Source: a virus
Reading direction: 5' to 3' (one strand)
IMG/VR virus record: IMGVR_UViG_3300042691_026427
Span: 85,249-149,248 of that record
DNA length: 64,000 nucleotides
Shown: piece by piece, positions 49,601 through 58,555 of the stretch
Numbering within the stretch: position 1 is the stretch's first letter
Layout: each line of letters opens with the position of its first letter
Position numbers and translations under genes: made by a program
The notes under the pieces: generated by a model
What the model saw: the letters and a program-made list of their open reading frames with translations, nothing else
Database searches by the model: none
What the model was told of the DNA's origin: nothing

Positions 49601-51830
49601 TTGATCCTGAAGCAAATACAACTGACCCTTGCTCTGGAAAATAAATTGTTTTAATTAATGAATTTACCGTTGTTGCTGTAAAAATATCTCTGTCATTTAT
49701 ATACCAATTGACAGTTGGATATATCTGTTCAGTATTTTGTCCTACAATAGATAACGGAAAGTCTCCAGGCAGATTAGGTAACTGGAATAATTCTAATCTC
49801 TTAGTAGTTTGAGAAAGATCAATTGTATCATTTCCAATGGCTCTATCAATTGTATATACAACAGTTCGTCCTGGAATTAACGGTCTATACTCACTGTAGA
49901 ACAAATTGTTTCTAGGACTATCAACATTTACTATCGGAAGTTGAACTGGAAATAAATTTTCTGCAACTTTTTCTTTTGGATAAACAGCCGGGCTCACACC
50001 TTGAATAGTTAAACCACCTAAGCTATTAGAAGGAAAACCAATTACTGCATCAAATAAAATACTTCCAGGTGACGATGCTAACACCTGTACTGCCTGTCTA
50101 AATCCAGAATTGGCATCGATAATTTCGACATAGCTACCAGCTGGGAATCTAACTGTAAAAATTGAATTTGGTAATTCGGGATTATAATACAGAGTAGTTG
50201 GAGGCTCGAATAATATAATAGGAGATATGATATAATCGTCATATAGATAAGACGACAGAGCGTTATAATCTAATGTGTTATCTTGTGTTATGAATTTAAT
50301 ATTGTCTTGGCCTGTAACACCTACAATGGGGCCATCTAAAATTCCCTGATTGTCAAATGATTCCAACCTGTATACGTTTTCAAATTGAGGTGCTCCAATA
50401 ATACCACCTGGCAAGAAAGCAGGTTCTATAGTTAATACTGTTCCATTTAGGTATTCATAACCTAGTTTGTAAATCCCAGAAGGCCATCCACTAGCATATG
50501 CCGGACTAAGGAAACCAGTAGCAGTTGTAAAAGTTTGAATCTTGCTCGGTAGTCTACTAGGTGCAACTTCTCTTGGTTGAATGACTGAGGTAAGTTTTGC
50601 AGGCTGATAAGCTATTGAAGGCGTTTTCAATGTGTTTATAGATTTAGTAGTGCCCATAGAGCTAAATCTTAAATCAGTAAACTCTTTGTTTTCGAGAGAG
50701 TATGTAACAGCTCTACTATTCGGAGTTAATGTACTTAGATATAATGATTGTCTGCCACTGGTAATCTGTGTTACACCTCGTTTGTACGTTGCTAGATTAA
50801 TATATTCAAGTGCCGCTGGATATACTGACGGCGTGGGGTTAGTTAATAATGCACCATTATAGGGAATTGTTGCAGTAGTATTAATTGTAATTGTAGTTGG
50901 TGTAAAAGAAGTTACTGTAAAATTTTGTCTGTATACCGGTCTATCGTTTGATATAGTAACTGTATCTCCAACATTATAAGGACGGTTTGCAAAATTAGGT
51001 ATGTCTAATACGTTATTCCCAGTTCTGCTAGAATATGTTAAGATACTGCTGTCGTAGATGTAATCATTTACCACATTCCATTTGACTTTACTTTGTCCGT
51101 TAATGCCAATAGAATCAAAATTTATAGCCGGATCACTAAATGTAGATAATCTTGTAATTCCATATGATTGTTTAACAACAGATGGTATCCCTAATGCAGC
51201 AAAGCTAGTATCTAATGTCGCATTATATCCCGTTGAAGTATTTCCAATTTGTACTTGTGGGGCAGCAATATTTACAGACCCTGGACTACCAGATGCAATT
51301 GTCCATAGAGGATAAAATACAATTTCCGATGTAAATGGATTTGTTGTAAAACTAAAAGTAATTTTAGTATAGGTAGAAGTTGTTTGATTATAATAACTGG
51401 TCGGTGCTACAATCGTCGAAGAGTTTGTACGATCATAAACTCCGTACGACATATTGGTAGCAGATCCCCTCTTGGCAAAGAAACTAGCAGTATATCTAGT
51501 ATTGCTAGACACCGTTAGCACTTGACCAATGTAGGCAGTACTGGTACTAGTAATTACTAAGTTGTCTCCAAAGCCGTTAGACAACACGTATAAATCGTTA
51601 AATGGTAATATGTCATTATCGCTAACATACCAATCAACAACATCATAATTGGCTGTAGTAGGGCCGGCGGCCGATCCTTTAATCCACGAAGACTTAGATA
51701 GATCATTACTATTTTGTAAGAGGTTAACAAACGTTCCTCCACTACTGGATAGAATATCAAATCCTAGTAATATATCTGGAAATCGTTGTCCATCTGCACA
51801 ACCTGGTGCGGGGAATATTAATGCCGGCAT
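46680..51830 (-). CDS. Very large virion-associated protein with N-terminal carbohydrate-binding-like domain and internal repeats
   Basis: 'NLL.NS..L...SW...YTASFFAK' CBM-like start; repeated 'L(F/Y)Y.ELAPG.R' and Lys-rich 'KLKS..PVK.DG..FRT' units. Confidence 0.7.
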   Translation of the reverse strand: MPALIFPAPGCADGQRFPDILLGFDILSSSGGTFVNLLQNSNDLSKSSWIKGSAAGPTTANYDVVDWYVSDNDILPFNDLYVLSNGFGDNLVITSTSTAYIGQVLTVSSNTRYTASFFAKRGSATNMSYGVYDRTNSSTIVAPTSYYNQTTSTYTKITFSFTTNPFTSEIVFYPLWTIASGSPGSVNIAAPQVQIGNTSTGYNATLDTSFAALGIPSVVKQSYGITRLSTFSDPAINFDSIGINGQSKVKWNVVNDYIYDSSILTYSSRTGNNVLDIPNFANRPYNVGDTVTISNDRPVYRQNFTVTSFTPTTITINTTATIPYNGALLTNPTPSVYPAALEYINLATYKRGVTQITSGRQSLYLSTLTPNSRAVTYSLENKEFTDLRFSSMGTTKSINTLKTPSIAYQPAKLTSVIQPREVAPSRLPSKIQTFTTATGFLSPAYASGWPSGIYKLGYEYLNGTVLTIEPAFLPGGIIGAPQFENVYRLESFDNQGILDGPIVGVTGQDNIKFITQDNTLDYNALSSYLYDDYIISPIILFEPPTTLYYNPELPNSIFTVRFPAGSYVEIIDANSGFRQAVQVLASSPGSILFDAVIGFPSNSLGGLTIQGVSPAVYPKEKVAENLFPVQLPIVNVDSPRNNLFYSEYRPLIPGRTVVYTIDRAIGNDTIDLSQTTKRLELFQLPNLPGDFPLSIVGQNTEQIYPTVNWYINDRDIFTATTVNSLIKTIYFPEQGSVVFASGSTVRVTNSSNGYNKIFAVITGTNSSVTILDPNDFPAGTSTIEQTVTSVYPRLFVKPLEAPTNARENLYYFELAPGLRGQSAATVESVGRNLTVAKVSAVTRLIPSVAKINTNEVNAANRLKAVTITVTTTATYMNRVESLTSQTSVRLTTRPITPAERFYYFNLAPGYRNNGTYSYGRTFAADNAQRSFGKLKSVAPVKSDGTRFRTATINKPLLKLTSDDTRFRTATINKQLLKLASVDSSFKPEKIRFVSQLRGDKVISAAGAINNPIRFRSNTNQVFLLPETSGQLAKQLFKLTSNTIEQGLSITGKLKSMSPVKGDGVIFRTEKIKFVSQLRADPQEINTALVDKFKVPFLNTEVFYTPTSANLNKQLFKTQLFFAPTSANLNKQLLKLATDQSSDRALAIGKLKSITPLKGDKIVFNPAESIRKPTIKVTDIIYLLEQGNLEPVKFKFNTNEVFYTPGLGKLRSVSPVRSDGVRFRTEIINKPIVKLASVIAPFTPEKIKFVSQLRSDTLLPLYFLTGALTKFKFSVLYSQVFFAPTSSKLSAAIKVKADGNRLTVNKLSAAIRVKEPANRPVRIGITDNYFDQSNYSAITVPNSPAAWYRYSVIAPGFRSNSTYNQGRAFAPDNTTITASKLSTFDNEGIISEPFSSVNVSTDPRVSVTGRTSQFTNDAVLWYIEDRDVLTVLPVGTPTITLYFSTTLVQTFAAGNRIRIYNGNVNYGRDVTVLSATIDSVTILELDDFPSISGMTIQRIDTGYDVSVFFNNSTTLIPYVVGSFVRITNNNNSSYITVPVTNAGTNFITYTKTSNEFYVDQTANATIASASVSIYPKSSVRTTVPPTRPRESLFYAELAGGYRYGVVNTPFGSSLDDSNFRITSGLLQRDSTKIKDVSAIILQGNLQKDSIKVRLPVDLSFSRGDIFRYRVPPEKVAETFKFQIVENILKLKTGDFKTGSTGIIDVAAPKKEPIQFWN

Positions 51831-51844
51831 AGCAGTATTTACTC

Positions 51845-51876
51845 AAAAAAATAGCTGCCTGGTGGCAGCTATTTTT
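51845..51876 (-). terminator. Intrinsic terminator hairpin
   Basis: aaaaaaaTAGCTGCC-tggt-GGCAGCTAttttt. Confidence 0.8.
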
Positions 51877-51889
51877 GAGTCGCAGCATA

Positions 51890-54811
51890 TTAGGAAGGAA
51901 TTGCCCAACGGAAGCTGTTTAGGAATACAGCATTCTGGTTAGCAGCAATTACTGAACCGTCTTCCAATGAACGAGTACTTTGGAAGTTTGTACCTGCCAA
52001 TGAAGTTCTGAATGTTGTAGTGTTAGCAGTGGCTACCCAATGATCAGCAGCAGGTTGTGCTGCATCATAGAAGTCGTTGCTGTCAATAGTTACACTCACA
52101 GTATCCATCAATGTACCTAAGGCACTTGGAATAACTTTCAATCCGTATAGACGTCCACGGATGTCTGGATCGTATGATGGTCCAAGAACAACTACAGGAC
52201 TAAACATGAAACGCTTACTGTTATACACGTTGGTATAAACAGGAACCATATGACCCATGTGTGGTTGGAATATTGTGTTGGCGGCGCCAGTTAGTACACC
52301 AGTAGCTACGGTACCGGCTGACTGATACGAACCGCCACCACCTAATTCAAACAAGTGGCCCCAACGACCTGTTGTGATAGTACATGCAGAGTATACGTGA
52401 GCATTGGCACCAACTAGGTCGCCAGTACTTGCACGAACACGAGGAACAGCCAATACTCCACCGTGTACTGCTTGAGTATGGGCAACTGGTAATGTAGGTG
52501 TCAATGATAAGCCAACTGGGAATCTATTACCGTTGATGTATGCATAGCACGGCCATGGTGCAACACCTGGTGTTCCAGAAACTGGTGCACCTGTGCTGTA
52601 GTTAATACCAGAACTGGTTCCTAGACCTGCACCGCTATCTTCTGGCTGAGCACGTTCAAATTCCACACATCCTAACCATTGGGTTTGTACGTTGGCAAAA
52701 GTTTTTCCTTGGACCATTAAGTAGCGAGGTTTAGCAAACAGGTACATGAATCCACCAGTAGTTTGTGACATGCTTGTAAGATCAACAACGCCACCTGTTG
52801 CTGCTGTAGCTGGGATAGTGGTGTTGTCACTCAAGTGAGCAATGTTAACACCAACGCCATTAGTCAATCCGTATGCTGCTACCCAACGCTCATAGACTGT
52901 TAAGTTATATGCACTACCAGCGTTGGTAATCAAGTTACCAGCACCAGCACCAGTTGCCAATGGATAGAAACGGAATCCAACGTATTTGCGATCCAAACTG
53001 TTGTTGAATAACAATACACTGGCTTCTGTACTCTTATTTGGAGCACTGTAGATATATTCTAAGAAGTCAGTTGCAGCACTTGGTGTATAGATAGCCGGAG
53101 GGTTAGCACCGTTACTATATACAGTGTGTCTAATAGGATGTCCCAATGTCATGATTGCACCGCTGACTGCTGCAATGAAAGTGTAAAGAGGCATTGTCCT
53201 GTATATTGGACTTGCAGCAGCAACCGTTACAGTCTGTGATACTGTCAGTGCTGTGTTGCTTGCAATTGCAGTAACAGTCAAATACTGTCCGGCAATGGCA
53301 ATTTCTGCGCCAACGTGCAATTCTGTTGTAAACAGAGTGTTGACACCAGTTACGGTGTTGGTTGCCGCAGTACATTGTCCAGTTAATGCCACTGGTGGTC
53401 CGCCTGCACCTTGAATCTTAATTAGACCAAACTGGCTAAAACCTGTAGCAGTGGCCACAGTTACAGTGGTACTGCCAGCAGCAAAAAGAGTACCAGGAGC
53501 AACTACTGAAGTAGTCTGCGTGGTAAATTTGTTACCAGTGCCTGCACCTTCACGACTTCCTTCCATTACAAATCCGTGAAGTTTTCTCTTCTTGTAAACA
53601 GTTCCGCCTGTTAAAGAATGACTATAATCAAACGCTACTCTAAATTGAGCTGCGTTTATGATCTGGATTACCTTGACTTCATTACTGTCAATTATCAAAT
53701 CATCACCTACTCGTAGGTCAGTAGTAAATGTACTGCCAGAACCGTTAATGTAAGTGTCATCACGTTTAAAAGGTATTGCAGTAACAGTTTGACGTAGCAC
53801 GTTGATAGCTGTTCCAGAATAGCCAAGATAGTCAGTCAATGTCGCTGCTGTTGTTGCGTTAGCAGCAAAAGAGAATGTACGTAATTCATCACCAAGCAAC
53901 ACTTGATCACCTGTGACCAAATCCCAACTGAAGTTAGTGGCTGTACCAGTAACTGAAGCAGTTCCGCCTGTGACTGTTACCGTACCCCGCGGATATGCTT
54001 TCACATGTAAATTACTGTCAGTAAAATCCATTGGTACATTCAGCGTCATAGAAATGTTGCTGGCAATGGCGGTGATTTGTCTCACCCTACCGTTGATCAT
54101 GACAGTTCTTCCTGTTGCACCGTTAACTGCTTTGGAAATACCTTGACCGCTGGAAATGGCCACACTTGGAGATACCAATACAGTTGCGCTGGTGTCATTG
54201 GTAACTGTGCCAACAACAAAATATTGGCCAGCAACTAAAATACCGTCACCTGGTTGCAATCTGTTTGGGCTGCCGTCTGCACCTGTGGCAAAACTTGTGC
54301 CGACACCGGTAATTACACCGTTGGTAGCAATGGCTACTGTACCTGCTAGGGTAGCTGTGGTAACACTGTTGGTCAAGTCACTTAGAAAGAAAGTACCAGT
54401 ACCTACTACGGTTGCACTGCCGTTGGTCACGTTAACTCGGCCGCTGGTGTCGCCTCTTGCAACAATATCAACTGTACCAGTTACTGTAGCTTGAATAAAT
54501 TTAACAGCACTGGGCAAGGTAATAGCAGGGCTAAATCCCGAAGTGACTGTAAAAGCACTGTCGGAGGAAATTGCCAATACAGTTCTCACCTGTCCAGCAA
54601 TCATAATTGTATCGCCTGGTGTCAGCTGAGTTGTAAAAATTGTTCCCACACCAATAACGTTGGAGCCCGATGCTGTAACGCTTCCTTGAAGTGTGTCGTT
54701 TGTTAACCATTGGTCAAACAAAGCAAAGGAAGGCCACATTTCAGCGCCAGTTGCTGATGGTCCATATGTAATCGATGCACTGTTTTTACCAAGTTCGTTT
54801 AGTGTTGCCAT
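51890..54811 (-). CDS. Tail fibre/spike-like protein with repeated beta modules
   Basis: Repeats 'GTV.VT.GS.TV.G.GT.F...L..GD.I.(I/V).GQ...V..I.S.T.LT'; AGGAG SD. Confidence 0.75.
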   Translation of the reverse strand: MATLNELGKNSASITYGPSATGAEMWPSFALFDQWLTNDTLQGSVTASGSNVIGVGTIFTTQLTPGDTIMIAGQVRTVLAISSDSAFTVTSGFSPAITLPSAVKFIQATVTGTVDIVARGDTSGRVNVTNGSATVVGTGTFFLSDLTNSVTTATLAGTVAIATNGVITGVGTSFATGADGSPNRLQPGDGILVAGQYFVVGTVTNDTSATVLVSPSVAISSGQGISKAVNGATGRTVMINGRVRQITAIASNISMTLNVPMDFTDSNLHVKAYPRGTVTVTGGTASVTGTATNFSWDLVTGDQVLLGDELRTFSFAANATTAATLTDYLGYSGTAINVLRQTVTAIPFKRDDTYINGSGSTFTTDLRVGDDLIIDSNEVKVIQIINAAQFRVAFDYSHSLTGGTVYKKRKLHGFVMEGSREGAGTGNKFTTQTTSVVAPGTLFAAGSTTVTVATATGFSQFGLIKIQGAGGPPVALTGQCTAATNTVTGVNTLFTTELHVGAEIAIAGQYLTVTAIASNTALTVSQTVTVAAASPIYRTMPLYTFIAAVSGAIMTLGHPIRHTVYSNGANPPAIYTPSAATDFLEYIYSAPNKSTEASVLLFNNSLDRKYVGFRFYPLATGAGAGNLITNAGSAYNLTVYERWVAAYGLTNGVGVNIAHLSDNTTIPATAATGGVVDLTSMSQTTGGFMYLFAKPRYLMVQGKTFANVQTQWLGCVEFERAQPEDSGAGLGTSSGINYSTGAPVSGTPGVAPWPCYAYINGNRFPVGLSLTPTLPVAHTQAVHGGVLAVPRVRASTGDLVGANAHVYSACTITTGRWGHLFELGGGGSYQSAGTVATGVLTGAANTIFQPHMGHMVPVYTNVYNSKRFMFSPVVVLGPSYDPDIRGRLYGLKVIPSALGTLMDTVSVTIDSNDFYDAAQPAADHWVATANTTTFRTSLAGTNFQSTRSLEDGSVIAANQNAVFLNSFRWAIPS

Positions 54812-54874
54812 TTATATATTCTCCTGTTGATTATATCGCTAATCAAATCTTATTTTGTATTTAGTTCTCGTATC

Positions 54875-55990
54875 TCAAATGTTGAACAAAGCCAGCGAAA
54901 AATTAACGCCTGCGCCGCTGACCACATTTACTGTCAAATAATCATTAATGTTGATGGGATACTCTAGATCCCCGTAGACATAGGTAAAATTGCCCGCAGG
55001 CAGGGTAAAAAAGTTCAACAGTGTTCCATTTCTATAAAGACCCACAGTTAGGTCAACACCCGCTATTTTACCGTTGGTCAATCTAACTGATCTCACTGTG
55101 TCATTTGCATTGGGTGCAAAAACAGCACTGCCCAACAAGGGCGCATTGAAATTATTCAGTATATTAAAAGTTTTTATGGGCTGATCCGAAGCGCCGCCAC
55201 CACCCCCTCCAGAACTGGTAAAAGTGATAGTTTTGGGCGAAGCTGCATTGTTTGTCACAATGGACATGCCAGCACCCGCTACAAATCGAACAGTGTCAGC
55301 ACCCGTGGCAGTTATGGTGTTTTGTCCTGTAACTGCTATGCTTTTGAAACTGTCGGGATTTAGCAAACTGCTGTTGATGCTGACACGGGCAATGCCCGAG
55401 CCCAAATTGGTCACAATCAAACCGCTGGCATTGTCAAAGCGCAGGCTGACCACATTGGTCACTGTGGTCACAAGATCGGTTATGCTGCTGAGACTGCCGC
55501 CTCCTCCACTACCCCCACTGCCAGTAAAACCAACAACACCCTGTGGACCCTGTGGGCCAAATGAACCCACAAAGCCTCGAACGCCCATGCTGCCCACAAA
55601 GCCTGACTCACCCAGAGAACCAGTGAATCCACGAGACCCAAAGCTACCAGTATAGCCACGTGGACCCTGTACTACGCCTAGATCAACCCAATTGTTGCCG
55701 TCCCAAATGTACAGTGTGCCCGTGTCACGAGCCAGTACAGTGTCACCAACAGCACCAGTCCAGGGATCAACCAAATCCGCGGCAGTGTTGACATAGTTGG
55801 TAATGGTGATGGCCACTCCGGGGCCCCCGCTGCCCCCGGAAGCCACAATGGGTATGCCCCCGGGTGTGACACCGTCACTGTAGCGCAGTTCCGCTGAGTC
55901 GTTGTCGTAGAATAGTTCACCCTTGCGACCCACATAAGTGGCCGCAGTGCCCCCGCTTTTACTGGTCCATATAGTACGGATAATGGCCAT
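54875..55990 (-). CDS. Virion protein with short collagen-like segment; N-terminus paralogous to 5816..7465
   Basis: 'YVGRKGELFYD....LRYSDGVTPGGIPI'; GYTGSFGSRGFTGS repeats. Confidence 0.72.
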   Translation of the reverse strand: MAIIRTIWTSKSGGTAATYVGRKGELFYDNDSAELRYSDGVTPGGIPIVASGGSGGPGVAITITNYVNTAADLVDPWTGAVGDTVLARDTGTLYIWDGNNWVDLGVVQGPRGYTGSFGSRGFTGSLGESGFVGSMGVRGFVGSFGPQGPQGVVGFTGSGGSGGGGSLSSITDLVTTVTNVVSLRFDNASGLIVTNLGSGIARVSINSSLLNPDSFKSIAVTGQNTITATGADTVRFVAGAGMSIVTNNAASPKTITFTSSGGGGGGASDQPIKTFNILNNFNAPLLGSAVFAPNANDTVRSVRLTNGKIAGVDLTVGLYRNGTLLNFFTLPAGNFTYVYGDLEYPININDYLTVNVVSGAGVNFSLALFNI

Positions 55991-56002
55991 TGCTGGGGCC
56001 TG

Positions 56003-56389
56003 TTAACCCAATACGCCGGGCTGGATAGTTTTGGGTGCCAATGATTTGGCTCTTTTGACAGCCACTGGTGTCAAGTGAGCAGGGCCATTGACTTGACCTG
56101 CACCATGTGGACTGTGCTGTTGTGCGTCAGCTGATTCACTGTCCAAACTCACTGCTTGATCACTGGGTCCAACGGAATCTTTCACAGTGTCCAAATGTTG
56201 TTGCAATGGAGGCGACCATTTGACATCACCCTTGCTGTCTATTCTCTTGCCGGGATTGACAACGGCATCATCGTCCTCACCCCCGCCAACTCCCAGTTGA
56301 TTCTTAATGGCGCTGAGTGGCACCTGTACCGTGACCATTTGATCCGGTATATCTAGTTTAATTTCTTTGAGGAATTCACGTGCTCGCAT
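56003..56389 (-). CDS. Hypothetical protein; paralog of 7507..7854
   Basis: MRAREFLKE, 'SPPLQQHL'; TAAATA 6 nt upstream. Confidence 0.62.
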   Translation of the reverse strand: MRAREFLKEIKLDIPDQMVTVQVPLSAIKNQLGVGGGEDDDAVVNPGKRIDSKGDVKWSPPLQQHLDTVKDSVGPSDQAVSLDSESADAQQHSPHGAGQVNGPAHLTPVAVKRAKSLAPKTIQPGVLG

Positions 56390-56434
56390 AAGTGTTATTT
56401 ACCATAGTGTGAGAGAATAAAATACGAGACAGAG

Positions 56435-57031
56435 TCAGCGTATAAACTCCAGCTGACTAGGCCCGTCAGTGACAGCAACTTCCACAATGATGCGACGACT
56501 GCCCCGGATCAGTATATCAAAGTGCTCAAAGTCCTGGGACTGTGCTATTGTTAAAGTGTAAGCTGCTCGTTGATCTGGTGCAATATACTTTCTCACTTGA
56601 CCCCGCATGTTGCTGTCTATTCTGGGCAGTCCCAAACCACAATCGTCATTGAGATCGGGTCTGGTAAAACAAGGAGGCCATAAGAACAGGTGTCTATCCT
56701 TCATGACTCCCATGTTACGTAACTGTAGTATAGAAGCTATGTCCGGATCAAATCGTATGGTAAATCTATTGCTGGTAAACACAGGCCACTTGAATGCTTC
56801 CGGATTTCTAAAGTGTACTCCCACTTGCCGTATAGCAGACTTGTGCTGTATCTGAGCAGTTCTTTTGCCATAATCAACAACGAGCACACTATTACCATCT
56901 TCGCTGTGACAGTCTATTTGTTGTAGTTGATGATCTCTTATCTTGTCCCAAAAGTAATAACAAGCAGCCCAGCTGTGTGAACTAAAAGACAGTAGAGCCA
57001 ATACAACAAGAGATCGAATGAATGTTAACAT
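56435..57031 (-). CDS. Secreted/periplasmic protein with signal peptide
   Basis: Start reassigned to ATG 57031, giving 'MLTFIRSLVVLALLSFSSHSWA' signal peptide; TAAATA 10 nt upstream. Confidence 0.65.
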   Translation of the reverse strand: MLTFIRSLVVLALLSFSSHSWAACYYFWDKIRDHQLQQIDCHSEDGNSVLVVDYGKRTAQIQHKSAIRQVGVHFRNPEAFKWPVFTSNRFTIRFDPDIASILQLRNMGVMKDRHLFLWPPCFTRPDLNDDCGLGLPRIDSNMRGQVRKYIAPDQRAAYTLTIAQSQDFEHFDILIRGSRRIIVEVAVTDGPSQLEFIR

Positions 57032-57622
57032 ATATGAAACGTATTTACAATTAGACACATATATATGTATATACACAGTAAGACCCCGCTGTAGTAACTT
57101 TGGATCGAGTGTGTGATAGATACACATATACACATATACACATATATACACTGGAGAGATCAGTTAGAATGCTGTATATACACAGTGTGGGAGAACTGTG
57201 GGAGAACTGTGGGTCCAGAATGGGGTTAGGGTGGTTGGCACCATTTGAGCATAGCCTCTCTTCCCCACCGCCTACCACTGTGCTGACACTGTGAAAACGG
57301 TGCCAAAACTGTGAAAAATACTCCCAAATGACGCCAATAGTGGTGATTTTTCGCCCCATATTCCACCTATTTGGCACCGTTTCTCACCGTTTTTTTGCTG
57401 ATTTTCCACGGTAGTTCGTTGCTCACTATAGTGCTGCAACGAGCTAGTTCGCTGATCAACGGTGGACCGCAACGATGTCTACACTGTATATATACACTAT
57501 ACATAAACTCTACACTGTATATATACATACACACAATGACCCCGCTGCTGTAGATCTCGTTGTATATGTATATGTCTATATATACACATAGATTGACTAT
57601 ATACAGCACTGTAAATATCAAT

Positions 57623-57826
57623 ATGAGCAAGCAAGATAACACACCCGTTGAAACTCTTATATATAATGCGGCTCTCAAAGAGCTCAATCGAAGTGACTAT
57701 AAGAACAGCACTAAAGAGATTCAAAAGGCTTGGGTTATGGGATGGCTGATATCACAGCTGAAAATGGAACATCAATACAGCTACGATCTCAAACGTAGGA
57801 TAGATCACATAATCCACAGTAGATAA
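57623..57826 (+). CDS. Hypothetical protein (67 aa)
   Basis: TAAATA-5nt-ATG; ordinary-complexity sequence inside a repetitive region. Confidence 0.5.
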   Translation: MSKQDNTPVETLIYNAALKELNRSDYKNSTKEIQKAWVMGWLISQLKMEHQYSYDLKRRIDHIIHSR

Positions 57827-57827
57827 C

Positions 57828-57909
57828 ATGACCCCGCTGCTAGTGTATATGTATATACACAATGACCCCGCTGCTAGTGTATATGTATATACACAATGAC
57901 CCCGCTGCT
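57828..57909 (+). repeat. 34-bp tandem repeat (2.4 copies) containing an 8-bp inverted repeat
   Basis: ATGACCCCGCTGCTAGTGTATATGTATATACACA at 57828 and 57862, partial at 57896; GACCCCGCTG core also near 57082 and 57538. Confidence 0.9.
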
Positions 57910-57939
57910 CCAAGTGGGGTTTTTTGCGGCAAAATCCCA

Positions 57940-57968
57940 TTGACAGGCTCTTTGTTTTCGTGTATAAT
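57940..57968 (+). promoter_or_regulatory. Consensus sigma70 promoter for the tRNA operon
   Basis: TTGACA-N17-TATAAT. Confidence 0.9.
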
Positions 57969-57984
57969 AACTACTGTTGAGAGG

Positions 57985-58062
<78 letters not shown>

Positions 58063-58069
58063 GAATAAC

Positions 58070-58154
58070 GCGACTGTGGTGAAATAGGTAGACACAAGAG
58101 ACTTAAAATCTCTCGCTTAACGGCGTGCCGGTTCGATTCCGGCCAGTCGCACCA
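58070..58154 (+). tRNA. tRNA-Leu(UAA)
   Basis: GCGACTG/CAGTCGC acceptor, AGAGA-CTTAAAA-TCTCT anticodon arm, long variable arm, CCA. Confidence 0.93.
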
Positions 58155-58199
58155 AATGGTATCTATATACACATGTAGTATATAGTAGTAGTGATAAAC

Positions 58200-58400
58200 C
58201 CTAGAACAACAGGATATTCTGTGGGGCAGTTGACAGGCACTTACCAGCCGAGAGTCAACAAGATCACAGAGAGGATAGGGTCTTAGACCGCCGCAACTGT
58301 TGAGAATCCAGGACCTTATGTGGTAAGAGGTTAGGGCTCGCTCAATGAGCAGGAACAACTGGATGGGGACAGGATCGGAGACCTGCCGAGTTCTGTACTG
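58200..58400 (+). ncRNA. Candidate structured ncRNA downstream of the tRNAs
   Basis: No credible plus-strand ORF; several complementary segments; 8 GGA motifs; followed by a terminator. Confidence 0.4.
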
Positions 58401-58436
58401 AAAAACCCTATAACCCTTGTGGCGGTAGGGTTTTTT
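58401..58436. terminator. Bidirectional terminator-like hairpin
   Basis: aaaaaCCCTA...TAGGGtttttt. Confidence 0.65.
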
Positions 58437-58437
58437 C

Positions 58438-58555
58438 TTATCCACAGGTTATTCACACATTATTCACAGGTTATCCACAGGCCGAGGGAGTTGTGGATAA
58501 CCTGTGGATTTGCTGTGGATAACCTGTTGGCAAGCTGTGGATAACCTGTGGATAA
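58438..58555. repeat. DnaA-box array (oriC/datA-like)
   Basis: TTATNCACA forward at 58438, 58449, 58460, 58471; reverse TGTGGATAA at 58492, 58514, 58536, 58547; degenerate slots at 58503 and 58525; 11-bp period. Confidence 0.9.

Noticed and set aside
57828-57909. CRISPR mini-array
   Set aside because: The 34-bp units are directly tandem with no unique spacers; no cas genes
57051-57940. Several Y/I/C/V-rich ORFs, or eukaryotic microsatellite contamination
   Set aside because: The ORFs are translations of alternating purine-pyrimidine tracts; the region is flanked by phage-type TAAATA and sigma70 signals consistent with the rest of the window
58183-58191. TAGTAGTAG as a DnaA-trio unwinding element
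   Set aside because: Only three repeats and about 250 bp from the boxes; trios are normally adjacent
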